Source: Octopus sinensis (lineage: Eukaryota). Taken from it: 64,000 nucleotides of DNA. Positions within the stretch are counted from its first letter, which is position 1. Each line of letters opens with the position of its first letter. This document shows positions 26,310-40,905 of the stretch, in pieces. A program made the translations under genes and the position numbers. A model generated the notes under the pieces. That model saw only the letters and a program-made list of their open reading frames with translations, had not been told where the DNA came from and did not search any database. The DNA lies in NCBI RefSeq assembly GCF_006345805.1, contig NC_042998.1, positions 33,170,001 through 33,234,000 on the forward strand. The letters run 5' to 3'.

Positions 26310-26681
26310 TTTCTTTATTTACTTAATTATTTTGAAGTCGTATTATATATCATTTTCCAATCGAAATTAATAATTTTATCACGCTCCATTTATATGCTTT
26401 TACATAAAAGCAATAAAACTCAACAGGTAGATTCTCCACAAAGAGTCTCATGTTTCATTCCCCGGGTTTTTCTTCTTTCTTTCTTTCTTCATATTCCCGT
26501 ACTAACTGGCAGGCGTTTCGTTTCAGTACCTAATGTATTTTCCAAATGTTGGTTTCTTTCTTTCTTTCGCTAATCTTGTGATTCTTTCGTTCGGTGGAGA
26601 TTATGGGAGATATATGACAAATATACATGTTCAAGTCTTGATAAAGTTGGAGCATATGATGTCACAAATATAAAGCACGAA

Positions 26682-27450
<769 letters not shown>

Positions 27451-27779
27451 TTTGTATATTAAAAGGAGAAGGTTGAGAGCATTTTCGAAATTTCGAGTTA
27501 GAAACTCTCGTCAGACTGTGAAGAACACTAGTTTTCCATTGTTTATATAACGCTTTAGGCTTCTTCTTGAGGTGTGGACCAATATGACTGCAAGTGTGGT
27601 GTAATAATATACTTTAGTAGTATATATAAATTATGGTAAGGAAATGTTTGATTGTTTGGGCTGAAATAAACAGTTTGTGAGGAGAAAGAAATATTAGAAT
27701 AATGAAGGAAGGAAGATGAGGAGAAAAGCATCCGTTTCTAGAGTGGTTGTGGAATTCAAACGATGATAAAGACTATATT

Positions 27780-28180
27780 TACTCTTTTACTCTTTTACTC
27801 TTTTATTTGTTTCAGTCATTTGACTGCGGCCATGCTGGAGCACCGCCTTTAGTCGAGCAACTCGACCCCGGGTCTTATTCTTTTTGTAAGCCCAGTACTT
27901 ATTCTATCGGTCTCTTTTTGCCGAACCGCTAAGTGACGGGGACGTAAACACACCAGCATCGCTTGTCAAGCAATGCTAGGGGAACAAACACAGACACACA
28001 CACATACATATATATATATACATATATACGACAGGCTTCTTTCAGTTTCCGTCTACCAAATCCACTCATTAGGCATTGGTCGGCCCGGGGGTATAGCAGA
28101 AGACACTTGCCCAAGTTGCCACGCAGTGGGACTGAACCCGGAACCATGTGGTTGGTTAGCAGGCTACTTACCACACAGCC
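27780..28180 (-). mobile_element. SINE-B
   Basis: Reverse complement of family B. Confidence 0.88.
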
Positions 28181-28259
28181 AAAACACATAATTGACATTC
28201 TGAGTCTTTGACAGGACTATAAAGTATGAATTATGTTGCTGTGATCGGCCGTCCAATCA

Positions 28260-29330
28260 ACTATGCTGCCACTATGAATCTGGTGACGAGGAAGTAGCAA
28301 TCAGAAATTACGGGAGCAGTAGGAAGGCAGTAAACGAAGGCGTCAATCAAATATGTTAATGCTGACAAGAATTCCTTGTAAGTCGAAAAGGAATCCATCC
28401 TCTCAGGATTTAAGGCAGAAGTCACAGTCGCAATTGTCATATGCAGGGTAAATGACACAACTGACAAAGTAGAAGAGTAATGTGACATGAATGCAACCCT
28501 GGTGAACTCCGTCGAATAAATCAAAAGGTGCAGACGGTTTTCCATTGGCCAGTACAGATATAATTATACATATTTCTTTACTACCCACACAAGGGACTAA
28601 ACACAGAGGGGACAAACAAGGACAGACAAACGGATTAAGTCGATTATATCGACCCCAGTGCGTAACTGGTACTTATTTAATCGACCCCGAAAGGATGAAA
28701 AGCAAAGTCGACCTCGGCGCAATTTGAACTCAGAACGTAGCGGCGGACGAAATACCGCTTAGCATTTCGCCCGGCGTGCTAACGATTCTGCCAGCTCGCC
28801 GCCTTTACAGATATAATTATATAATTATCGCCAGTACACATATAATTATACCATCATAAAAGAAGCAGATTATCTTGAGACATTTAAAATACAATTAAGC
28901 TTGTCAAGAGCTTGTTAAGCTGATCCAGAGAAACTAGCTATTGATTATGTCTCGAAGGACGATTAAAAGATTAAAAGAATCTTAGAGGGTTACCTTCTCT
29001 TTATTGCTGGATAGGCCACTGCTAGGTTTACCTCCACACTGAATTTCTGATTCTCGGTAGAGGCTTTCTATTGTGCAGAGTTGCAGCAGTGTAATCTTTC
29101 AAATCGTCTGGCATAGTCGCTCTCTACCAGTTGTGAGGCATGATTGCATTGTTTGGACAAAGAATCCTTCGCCTCTGTAAATTCATCAAAAATTCCACCC
29201 ACGCTGGAAGATCAAGAGCCTCCTTGATCTTATCAAGTATAGACTATTGCAAACTCTGGGCTCTGAACTGGGTTTACAATGTAGGATCTAATGCGAACTT
29301 TGGTAAAAGTCTCTCTCAAACATTCACTGA
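28260..29330 (-). pseudogene. Decayed LINE (RTE/CR1-like) RT fragment interrupted by a SINE
   Basis: NGKPSAPFDLFDGVHQGC resembles the RT motif GV.QGC. Confidence 0.55.
28570..28805 (-). mobile_element. SINE-A with TSD
   Basis: TSD TACAGATATAATTATA at 28553-28568 and 28806-28821. Confidence 0.9.
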
Positions 29331-29811
29331 TGCTGTTTTTTGTTTTGTGTTTTTTTTTACATCGAGAAGTAATGTACAACCAGCAGTTAAGAAAGAGATT
29401 CTCGCCTTTCATGAACACTAAAATGTGTGTGTGTTTGTGTGTGTGTTTTTGTTTGTGAGTGCGCGCGTTTTGTGTGCGATTCTAAATTGGGAGTCTTGTT
29501 AATCTACATTTATGAAAAAACTCGAATGTTAATGCACGTCATTTTGCAAAAGACTCTGTTTATATCCTTACAACATGGTCAGCGTTCTTTCAGCAAATTA
29601 AGATATTTGTTAAACATCCAGTGGAGAAATACATTAAATGTTGTAATCTCCTTTTTCTCCCTTTTCCCGCCTTTTCTCCTCCTTTTCAGAAGTGGTTGCA
29701 ATTACAGAAAGATTATCCTTCCATTGACAGCAACAAAAATCTACAATAAATCGTTGTTGAACTTTAAATAATGAAAACACCAGAAGTTACTTTGTAATAA
29801 TTTAAACAGTT

Positions 29812-30420
29812 AAGGCGGCGGGCTGGCAGAAACGTTAGCACGCCGAGCGAAATGCTAAGCGGTATTTCGTCTGCCGCTACGTTATGAGTTCAAAAATCCG
29901 CCGAGGTCGACTTTGCCTTTCATCCTTTCGGAGTCGATTAAATAAGTACCAGTTACGCACTAGGGTCGATGTAATCGACTTAATCCGTTTATCTGTCCTT
30001 GTTTGTCCTCTCTGTGTTTAGCTCCTTGTGGGTAGTAAAGAAATAGGCATGTCGTCTGCCGCTACGTTCTGAGTTCAAATTCCGCCGACGTCGACTTTGT
30101 CTTTTACCCTATCGGGGTCGATAAATTAAGTTGCGTACTGGGGTTGATCTAATCGACTGGCCCCCCTCCCCGAAACTTTCGGGCCTTGTGCCTAGATTAG
30201 AAAAGAATATAACTTTAGGCGGCGAGCTGTCAGAAACGTTAGCACGCCGGGCAAAATGCATAGCGATATTTCGTCTGTCTTTACATTCTGAGTTCAAATA
30301 CCGCCGAGGTCGATTTTTTCTATCATCCTTTCGGGAGCAATAAAATAAGTACCAGTTGCATACTGGGGTCAAATGTAATTGATGTGCCCTCTCCTGTAAT
30401 TGCCAACCTTATGCCAAAAT
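29812..30420 (+). mobile_element. SINE-A dimer plus an adjacent copy
   Basis: Family A consensus. Confidence 0.85.
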
Positions 30421-31572
30421 TTTAGTTTAGTGAAAGCATGGGCTGTTGTCCATAATCGCAGGTTCGTCTAGAAATTAGTTACGTTTTACTGCAGTATCAA
30501 TGATATTGTCATAAAACTCCAGGAGGCAGAGTTTCATTGCGTTTACACCTGTGTTACGAGGTGCTCTGAATATTTCGCGGGCAAAGCATCCAAGCAAGCA
30601 AGGATTTATTACCGTCTTCTTACTATTACTGACGTCATTAGAGGAAGACGCAGGTATTTTGCAGAAGACTTCTTGAGAGCTAAGCAAGAATTCATTAATG
30701 ACACATACTTTTTGACACCCCGACATGGCTTTTCAGTAGTTAGTCGTCCTGAAAGAAAATCCTTCATCAAAAACGTCTTTATTAACGTAATACTGTCTTA
30801 CCGACTTCCCAAATGTTCTGCAGGACAATACTGAGACGGATAAATCCGAACAAGTTTCAAAAGTTGTTAAAACTAATGTCAAGAAAGAGTTTCAGCTATA
30901 ATTACGTTTTTAATTATCGATTTCTTTTAAAATATTCTCTGTTTATATTACAAATAAACTAATTAACTAGTAAACTAAAATAAGTTAAGCATAATGATTA
31001 AGCTAAAGTGACAATCAGATAAACAGTGCGTGTGTTTATTGGCAAAATGACCGTTACCAAACACAACAATATCTGTTTCAGCACTTGATTTCACATGAGG
31101 AATCTTGCAAAACAAATACATAGAAACATATATTTTTTCATTTGTTTATTCTGTCTTTTAACGAAAACTTATACCGATCGCATTTGATATTAAGAATCTG
31201 ATGCAGTAAATTATTCTAGAAATCAAATAAATGCTAACACTAAGCATTCCTTCCCACTTAGACGTGACCTGGTTTGTGTAGTCGTAATAAAAGTACTTCC
31301 TAATGTTTTCACATTACATTTTGTGACATTTTAAAACGTTTCTCCATCAATTCAGACCTAAAACATACGAAACTCCATTCTTACGGATTTCTCCAGCTAA
31401 TTCCACATTTTAAAGTGAAACCGTTTTATTTTTCAATCCGCTGCGATTAAAGGGCGACATGTTGGTAAAAGCTATTACTAGACTGGATTAAATTGCTCTG
31501 CAGTTTTAGCCTTCTTCCTTTTTACCCCTAAATAATTATAAACAATATTTCACACACACACACACACAATAG

Positions 31573-31603
<31 letters not shown>

Positions 31604-31834
31604 TATATTTATAGTAGTATTATATATAAATAGTATAGATATATATACGATATATATATATATATATATAATATATATATCTATATGTAGATATATATAT
31701 ATATATAATATGTATATATATATATATATATATATATGTATCTATATATATATATAATATATGTTAGATTATATATATATTATATATATATTTTATATTA
31801 TATATATATATATATATATAGATATATATATATA

Positions 31835-31894
<60 letters not shown>

Positions 31895-31939
31895 GATATA
31901 TGTATATATATCTATATATATATATATTATATATAATAT

Positions 31940-31981
<42 letters not shown>

Positions 31982-33086
31982 GTATTGGAATTTTTCTGAT
32001 TTTTCAGATTTTTTTATATCCTAGGCTACTGGTTTTAAATTGATATTAATTAAATTGATATTCAATTTATCTCCCTCATTATTTAATGTGTATATATAAT
32101 ATATATATATATATATAATTATATATATATATACACATATATATACTACTGCTGCTGCTACAACGGTACTCCGTCGGTTACGACGATGAGGGTTCCAGTT
32201 GACCCGATGAACGGAAGAAGTTGTTCGTGAAATTAATGTGCAAGTGGCTGAGTACTCCACAGACACGTGTACCTTTAACGTAGTTCTCGAGGAAATTCAG
32301 CGTGACGCAGAGTGTGACAAGACTGGCCCTTTGAAATATATGCCCGGGAGACATATGGCGTAGTGTTTAAGAGCGCGGGCTACTAACCCCAAAATTACGT
32401 ATCGATAGATTTCCTGACCACTGACCAAACTATTGCCATTGTACATCCCACCAGCAACACTATATTCTAAATATCCGGTAATCTAGTAGATTCTACTAGA
32501 CACTATATTTATTTCCTAGTAGTGTTATATTTTTGAACTTATGCTGAGGATAATCCTCTATATATATATATATAATTTGGACCTATTTACGATCCCACTA
32601 TATTTGGTTGATTTAGACAAACACTACAAAGGGAAAATTATGATTCTTTTTCGCAAATGGTTTACAGGGTAAAAGTTTTGGAACCGATGCAATTAACTAT
32701 AATCCTCAATTTTTCTCAGTTTGAAACAAAAACAATGAGATGTGCTTGGACAAAAGCCATTAAAGAAATCCCTCAACTACCACGGGGGTTACGTTCCAGA
32801 ACACCCGCGATAGGTGAAAATCCGCGAAGCAAAAACAATCCTGTACTCTTTTACTCTTTTAATTGTTTCAGACATGTGACTGCGGCCATGTTGGAGCACC
32901 ACCTTTAGTCGAATAAATCGGCCCCAGGAATTATTCTTTGTAAGCCTAGTACTTATTCTATCGGACTCTTTTTACCCGAACCGCAAAGTGACGGGGACTC
33001 TAGCATCAGTTGTCAAACGTTGGTGGGAGGACAGATACTGACACAAACGACAAACGCATACATATATATATAGATACACACACAAC

Positions 33087-33118
<32 letters not shown>

Positions 33119-33121
33119 ATA

Positions 33122-33599
33122 TATAATCAAAATAAGCAACAAGGATATCCAAAGGTAATGCAGTACAATCGTTTCATGCGACTCCATTTAATTAAACAAT
33201 GCAAGTATTACATCAGTTTTAAAATGTGGAGCAATCTTCAGCTGCATATAAATATAGAATTTAGTTAAATTGAAAGGATTCATTTTTATAGTTATTCCAG
33301 GATAACTGTGATGCTGGTAAATGGAATAACTATAAAAACGAATCTTTTCAATTTAACTAAAATTCTATATTTATATGCAGCTGAAGATTGCTCTAAATTT
33401 TAATACTGATGTAATACTTGCATTGTTTAATTAAATGGAGTCGCATGATACGATCGTACTGCATTACCTTTGGATATCCTTGTTGCTTATTTTGATTATA
33501 ATCACCCCATTTTGAATTATATATGGATAATACCATACAAATTCTGGTGCCTTAACTTAAGTACCAATTCAACTGAATCTAAATTTTTACTGAACTTGT

Positions 33600-33600
<1 letters not shown>
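33122..33600 (+). mobile_element. Fold-back pLTR-like element in (TA)n, splitting a SINE
   Basis: Arms 33122-33298 and 33322-33500 plus a tail of about 100 bp. The two halves of a SINE-B copy lie on either side. Confidence 0.85.
33158..33247 (-). ncRNA. Hammerhead ribozyme with long stem II; mirror copy at 33375-33464 (+)
   Basis: ATGCAG-CTGAAGA-(TGCTCCA...TGGAGTCGCA)T-GAAAC-GAT(T/C)-GTA-CTGCAT. The + copy has GATAC instead of GAAAC and an intact ACGATCGT palindrome. Confidence 0.78.
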
Positions 33601-33635
<35 letters not shown>

Positions 33636-34099
33636 ATATATTATATATATATATAGATATATATACATACACGCACAGAACAGGCTTCTTTCAGTTCTCT
33701 GCCTACCAAATCCACTCACAAGGTTTTGGTCGGCCCGAGGCTATAGTAGAGGACACTTGCCCAAAGTGCCAGACAATGGGATTGAACCGAGAACCATGTG
33801 GCTAGTATGCAAGCTTCTTACCACACACCCATTCCTGCGCCTATAATGTATACGACAGGTTTCTTTCAGTTTCCGCCTACCAAATCCACTCTCAAGGCTT
33901 TGGTCGGCCCGAGTCTATAGTAGAAAACATTTGCCCCAGTTGCCACGCAGTGTGATTGAACTCGGAACCATATGGTTTGTAAGCAAGCTACTTACCACAC
34001 AGCCACTCCTGCGCCTTTGATTACCATTTTACTATATAGGGCCCCGTATTCATTTAATGTTTTTAAAAAATCCCATCATATTTTTATTATTGACTATTA

Positions 34100-34465
34100 A
34101 TGCGGTGAGCTGGCAGAATCGTTAGCGCACCGAGCGAAATGCTTAACGGTATTTCGTCTGCCGTTACGTTCTGAGTTCAAACTCCACCGGGGTCGATTTT
34201 GCCTTTCATTCTTTCGGGGTCGATATAATCGACCTAATCCATCTGTCTGTCCTTGTTTGTCTCCTCTGTGTTTACCCCCTTGTGGGTAGTAAAGAAATAG
34301 GTATTTCATCTATCTTTACGTTCTGATTTCAAATTCCGTCGAGGTCGACTTTGCCTTTCATCTTTTCGCGGTCGATAAATTAAGTACCAGTTGCGTATTG
34401 GGGTCGATTTAATCGACTGGCCTCCTCCCCCCAAATTCCGGGCCTTGTGCCTAGAGTAGAAAAGA
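34100..34465 (+). mobile_element. SINE-A dimer
   Basis: Family A consensus. Confidence 0.85.
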
Positions 34466-34539
34466 TTATTGAATATTATTAGGAATTGTACTAAGAAATT
34501 AATATATTTTGTGTATTGTAAAAGTATTTTTATTTATTT

Positions 34540-34850
34540 ATGCGCCCTTTTCAAGCCTAGCCAGGCTCATGCGCCCGGTTTCCCGGTTTCTATGGCGTAT
34601 GTGTTCCCCCTCCCCACCCAGTAATACGGGACCCTAGTCCATCGCAGCGTTACTCAAGAAACAGGAAGAGAGAGTGAGAGAATGTTGGGGCGAAAGAGTA
34701 CAGCAGGGGTCGCCACCACCCACTGCCGGAGCTTCGTGGAGCTTTAGGTGTTTTCGCTCAATAAACACATACAACGCCCGGTCTGGGAATCGAAACCGCG
34801 ATCCCCCGACTGCGAGTCTGCTGCCCTAACCACTGGGCCATTGCGCCTCC
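34540..34850 (-). mobile_element. SINE-C head with an alternative tail
   Basis: Reverse complement of the family C head joined to a different 3' part. Confidence 0.78.
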
Positions 34851-35670
34851 GCATTGTAAAAGTGTAACTGATTTAATTAGCATGCTTTTTAACAACTAAA
34901 TCTTATATGGACCCCTAAGCTTCATGTGGTCCCTGGCTGAAAACCCTACTCTAGGTTATGATTTTAAATCCTTCTAAATTGGCTCTATTTTTCACTATAT
35001 GAGGTGAGGGAAATAATTACGTCCAATTCTGTATACATTTCATCCTGTATTCGTATGAATCAAGGAATATATTTTTTTAATGTTAATAATACGACTTGAA
35101 AAGAATTTCGTTTCCCTACTTGTGGTCGAAATTATATTTATATTCACTTCGGGGAAACTATTAAATACTGGAACTTATCATCTACTACAAGACATTTAAC
35201 ACGCAGCATAAGTACCCAGTAACATGGCAGATAATCTAAGATAAACAGGAGTGATTGCGTTCTACTTCGCGAAGTTTACCTACCCTAGATTATGTTAAAT
35301 TCAAATCTTTAGAGAGCTAAACTGCTTAGCATCTTCAAGTATTTACAAAGTAATTAATATCCAGCCATAATGAATTATCTACATTTTGTTGGCTACACGA
35401 AACTCATAAACAGACAGCAGCAGCTGTAAGAGAGACAAGATGAACAGTATAACCAAGGTGTCTGGCAATGTTTCTTATCACCCTTCAGTGCCAGAAGTTG
35501 GGATTGATAGCATTTCTAAATGGTTACCCGATCTGCTAGAAACAACAGTCAAATTTCTTTCGAAACGCACTTTGAGTCTTAAATTAAGAGAAGACACATT
35601 AGATATTTTACTCTAGCATACGCCTAAAAGACAGGATTCTCATGTCTGAAATGCCTTTGATCATAGGTCT

Positions 35671-36399
35671 ACTTGACCTAATCTTACCTAAACAACAACA
35701 GCAACAACCAAATCTATAACAAGTAGGTATCACGATAACTTAAGTGATTACTTTAACATGCATTACTATACAACTAACAACTAACTCTATTTAGAATAGA
35801 GACGTGGCTGTGTGGTAAGAAGCTTGCTTCCCAACTACATGGGAAAAAGTCAAGGTAGAAAATGCTAAAATAATTTTATAAAAACATTTTAGTACCGGTT
35901 TCAGTCATTGAAACTTTTTCAACTGTAAGTATGGAAAACAATTAAATTTTGGGAAAATTAAATTAAAAGTTTCTGTCTCTCTTGTTTACTCTTGTTTACG
36001 ATTACGAACTCCCAAGAGTAAACAAGAGAGATAGAGACAGGAAGAAACAAGGAAAATGTCCCTTGTATTTGAATAATATGCAAATATATTTTTTTTAAAC
36101 TTTTCATTTAATTTTTCCAAAATTTAATTGTTTTCCATACTTACAGTTGAAAAGGTCTCAATGACTGAAACCGGTTCTGAAATGATTTTTATAAAATTAT
36201 TTTAGCATTTTCTACCTTGACTTTTTTCCATGTAGTTGGGGAGCAAGCTTCTTACCACACAGACACGCTTCTATTCTAAATAGAGTTAGTTGTTAGTTGT
36301 ATAGTAATGAATGTTAAAGTAATCACTTAAGTTATCGTGATACCTACTTGTTATAGATTTGGTTGTTGCTGTTGTTGTTTAGGTCAGATTAGGTCAAGT
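35671..36399. repeat. About 300-bp inverted repeat made of a pLTR-like core plus host flank
   Basis: Arms 35671-35972 and 36097-36399, with an inner small hairpin at 35973-36040. Confidence 0.9.
36144..36179 (+). ncRNA. Hammerhead-like motif with U3-A8 core variant; mirror copy at about 35890-35926
   Basis: CAG-TTGAAAA-GGTC-TCAAT-GACT-GAAAC-CG-GTT-CTG with palindrome AACCGGTT. Confidence 0.65.
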
Positions 36400-36406
36400 G
36401 ACTGTA

Positions 36407-36541
36407 ATGACTGTAAATATTGACTTCACACAAACACGTTGCTTCCCGATACAGGCACAAGGCCAGCAGAACTATAAATATTGAAAATTGTACCCACACA
36501 CGCACACATATATACACGCGCGCGCGCCCCAACATACATAT

Positions 36542-36599
<58 letters not shown>

Positions 36600-36687
36600 G
36601 CGCACACATACATACATATAGCTCTTCCTGTCCTAAACGAACTTACTATCAGGAAGCAACGTGTTTGTGTGAAGTCAATATTTACAG

Positions 36688-36691
<4 letters not shown>
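36407..36691. repeat. Element with about 45-bp terminal inverted repeats; body shared with 53496-53706
   Basis: ATGACTGTAAATATTGACTTCACACAAACACGTTGCTTCC at the left end and its reverse complement at the right end. Confidence 0.75.
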
Positions 36692-36728
<37 letters not shown>

Positions 36729-37216
36729 ATAAATGAAATGAAACATATGCATATATATAAACATATATGTACGTACCTACCTCTACATGTACATATACAC
36801 GCATATATGAGTACAGGACACCAAAAGGACGTCGAACACAAAGAGAAACGAAAACATAGACACAAACCAAAGGAACTGGACATTTTTTTTAAAACAACAA
36901 AAAATGGAGTACAGGACAATTAACACAACGAAAAAACCCTTCTTCAGTCGCTAAGGTTTCATCTACTCTACGTTTCGAAGGATAAAAGCGAGACATATCT
37001 TCGACAAGAAACTTTCCTTCCTGCGAAAAGCAAATCAATTAAAATTCTGAGATCTTTTCGCAGAGGGTAAAAAATGGTAAAAAAAACAGGACAGTAACGC
37101 AGTACAAAAATACAACAGAAAAAAATATTATATATATATATTATATATATATATAATATATATATATATAATATAAATATATATATATATATCTATATAT
37201 ATATATATAGTTATAT

Positions 37217-37272
<56 letters not shown>

Positions 37273-37273
<1 letters not shown>

Positions 37274-37655
37274 GAGGCGCAATGGCCCAGTGGTTAGGGC
37301 AGCGGACTCGCGGTCATAGGATCGCGGTTTCGATTCCCAGACCGGGCGTTGTGAGTGTTTATTGAGCGAAAACACCTAAAGCTCTACGAGGCTCTGGCAG
37401 GGGATGGTGGTGATCCCTGTTGTACTCTTTCACCACAACTTTCTCTCACTCTTACTTCCTGTTTCTGTTGTACCTGTATTTCAAAGGGCCGGCCTTGTCA
37501 CTCTCTGTGTCACGCTGAATATCCCCGAGAACTACGTTAAGGGTACACGTGTCTGTGGAGTGCTCAGTCACTTACACATTAATTTCACGAGCAGGCTGTT
37601 CCGTTGATTCGGATCAACCTGAACCCTCGTCGTCGTAACCGACGGAGTGCTTCCA
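37273..37655 (+). mobile_element. SINE family C (tRNA-derived head)
   Basis: GGAGGCGCAATGGCCCAGTGGTTAGGGCAGCGGACTCGC, B box GGTTTCGATTCCC, tail CGTCGTAACCGACGGAGTGC. Confidence 0.86.
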
Positions 37656-38059
37656 TATATATATCAACTCGTGTGTTCCTTTTCATCCTTCTACATATAT
37701 ATGTATATATATATATATATACCTTACAAAGCCTTTCTGGTTTATTTATAAAATATTATATGTAGTATTAGACAGTATATATTCATAAAATTTAGCTGAA
37801 ATTGATGGGTGAACGTTTGACCCAATCACATGTACGTTGAGGCATGTAAACGTTAATGCGTGGGTTCGATTCTGCCTAGGGTTAGGTCATCAATTTTTTT
37901 TCAGTCAATTATTTATATTTAATAACAACGCTTTAAATCGGTGAATATATATTATCATAATGTTATATATATACACACATATGTAGGTATGTGTGTGCGT
38001 CTGTGTTTGGGGACATAAACACACCAAAACCGGCCGTGAAAGTGGCAGCAGGGTCAAAT

Positions 38060-38114
<55 letters not shown>

Positions 38115-38539
38115 CAATGGGCTTCTTTCAGGTTCCGTCTACCAAATCCACTCACAAGGCTATGGTCGGCCCGAGGCTATGGTAGAAGACACCAAAGGTG
38201 CCACGCTCTGGGACTGAACTTGGAACCATCTGGTTGGGAAGCAAGCTTCACACCATACATCTGCGCGTATATAATTTCCTTTTTAAGAAAAACTTGTATT
38301 AATCTGTGAAGAAAATAAACTTTTAAGCAGTAACTTACAATATTTAGGTTCTATAGTGCAATAAACTAGTCTCTTGTCTTCACGACAAACAAAATCACAT
38401 CAGATGTATTGAAGTCGGATAGATATCGAAGAGGAAGGTGAAAGAAATCATTAAAATTAAGTTCAATATCGTCCAATGAAATTTTTATTCAATTTCAACA
38501 TGAATTTGTAAACGAAAGAAAAATGCTACTTAATAATTA

Positions 38540-38935
38540 TTTCTATTACAGACACATGGCCAGAAATTTAGAGTGAGGTGGAACAGTCAATTACGTCGAC
38601 CCCAGTACGTAGATGGTTCTTAATTTATTGACTCCGAAAGGATGAAAGGCAAAGTCAACCTCGGCGGAATTTGAACTCAGAACGTAGCGGCAGACGAAAT
38701 ACCTATTTCTTTACTACCCACAAGGGGCTAAACACAGAGGTGACAAACAAGGACAGACAAATGGATTGTGTCGATTACATAGACTCCAGTGTGTAACTGG
38801 TACTTATTTAATCGACCCCGAAAGGATGAAAGGCAAAGTCGACCTCGGCGGAATTTAAACTCAGAACGTAGCCGCAGACGAAATACCGCAAGGCATTTTG
38901 CCCGGCGCACTAATGATTCTGCCAGTTCGCCGCCT
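38540..38935 (-). mobile_element. SINE-A dimer
   Basis: Reverse complement of family A. Confidence 0.85.
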
Positions 38936-39485
38936 TTCGCCGCTTTAATAATGACATAAAATACGACTTAGCACAAGTAAGACTTGAGAAAACTATTCAT
39001 CTTATATAGTCTTAAGCATTCATTTGGGAATAGATTATGTCAGCGCCATTTATTTGAGATTATAAAACACCGAAATGAAGGATGTCAAGAAAGACAGTAA
39101 CATAAGTATAACACTTATGTTATTTGAAGCAAAAAATATAAATGCTATAAATTTTCATAAATGCCATAGGCAATTTCCTGAAAAGCTATACCATAGCGGA
39201 AACAAAGTGAAATATAACCAAGCCAAAATAAATATAGCTACGATGTTTATTTACGCATTAATGAATTATTAACTATGTTTGATTACACATTAGTACATTA
39301 ATAACTGTATTTAGTCACTCAGTGCTACATCAAGAACTTATTGCTTATAGAAGAGCAGGCAAAATGCAGGCAAAATAGCCCAAGAGGAGTAAAGGGAACG
39401 ATATGCACGTATATATATGTTCACATGTAGACACATATATTCGAAAGCTCATAGACATACTGTACATTTGCTCATATACAAACAT

Positions 39486-39851
39486 CGTGGCACTCCGTCG
39501 GTTACGACGTCGAGAGTTCCTGTTGATCCGATCAACGGAACAGCCTGCTCATGAAATCAACGTGCAAGTGGCTGAGCACTCCAAAGTCACGTATACCTTT
39601 AACATAGTTTCCGGGGAGACTCAGCGTGACACAGTGTGTGTGACAAGGCTGGCCTCTTTGAAATACAGGTACAACAGAAACAGGAAGAAAGAGAGAAAGC
39701 TGTGTGAAAGAGCACAGCAGGGTTCACCACCACCCTCTGTATGAGCTTCGTGGAGCTTTAGGTGTTTTCACTCAATAAACACTCACAACGCCCGGTCTGG
39801 AAATCGAAACCACGAGTCCGCTGCCCCAACTACTGGGCCATTTCGCCTCCA
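39486..39851 (-). mobile_element. SINE-C
   Basis: Reverse complement of family C. Confidence 0.84.
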
Positions 39852-39929
39852 AATACAAACATTCACATATATATTCATGCATAAAAGTATACTCATACAT
39901 AAGCAGACATATGCCTCTCTCTCTCTCTG

Positions 39930-40186
39930 TATGTATATATATGTATATATGTATATATATATATATATACTTTGCATATATATATATACTTTGTATATAT
40001 ATATACATATATATACTTTGTATATATATATACATATATATACTTTGTATATATATATATACTTTGTATATATATACTTTGTATATATATTATATATACT
40101 TTGTATATATATATACTTTGTATATATATATACTTTGTATATATATACTTTGTATATATATATACTTTGTATATATATATACTTTG

Positions 40187-40222
<36 letters not shown>

Positions 40223-40230
40223 ATATATAT
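39930..40230. repeat. Minisatellite (TA)n-CTTTG units
   Basis: More than 10 CTTTG(TA)n units. Confidence 0.9.
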
Positions 40231-40684
40231 AATCACTTACTGTAAATAATGTCAAGGGTACGTAGCGTTCCATTAATTAATAAGGCAAAAAAACACATAA
40301 TAAATGTAGAAACAAACGGAAAACAGTTACAGAAGGTTACCAACTTCCCATCAGTTATCGGCTGAAGGGTCAAACGCAAATTGGTTCTTTTGATGATGGT
40401 ATTACTTCCCTTCCGGTGACACCAGCAAAAAGTTTAAAAACAAAAAAAGGACTGCAGGAAAATGGGACCGAAACATAACAAGTACGAACAAACAATAACT
40501 GGATAGATATGCAACACAAAATTGGACATGCGAACATGAATAACTGTGACTGAAGACGGCATCATTAGTGAACGGCCGAGAGGACAAGGACGAAATAAAT
40601 AATCAGAACCCAGCCTAAGGGCCGGAAAGAGACGAAGTGTGGATAAGAATCTGAGTAAAATCGTGAACGATTAGAAACAGAAAG

Positions 40685-40905
40685 AAGGTGGCGAGCTGGC
40701 AGAACCGTTAGCACGCCGGGCGAAATGCGTAGCCGTATTTCGTCTGTCGCTACGTTCTCAGTTCAAATTCCGCCGAGGTCGACTTTGCCTTTCATCCTTT
40801 CGGGGTCGATAAATTAAGTACCAGTTATGCACTTAGGTCGACTTAATCCGTTTGTCTGTTCTTGTTTGTCCCCTCTATGTTTAGCCCCTTGTGGGTAATA
40901 AAGAA
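40685..40905 (+). mobile_element. SINE-A
   Basis: Family A consensus, flanked by a duplicated GATTAGAAACAGAAAGA. Confidence 0.88.

Noticed and set aside
30475-30870. Higher-complexity unique stretches (also 48500-48720 and 50900-51940) as candidate exons
   Set aside because: No recognisable protein motif or consistent splice-bounded frame was found by eye.
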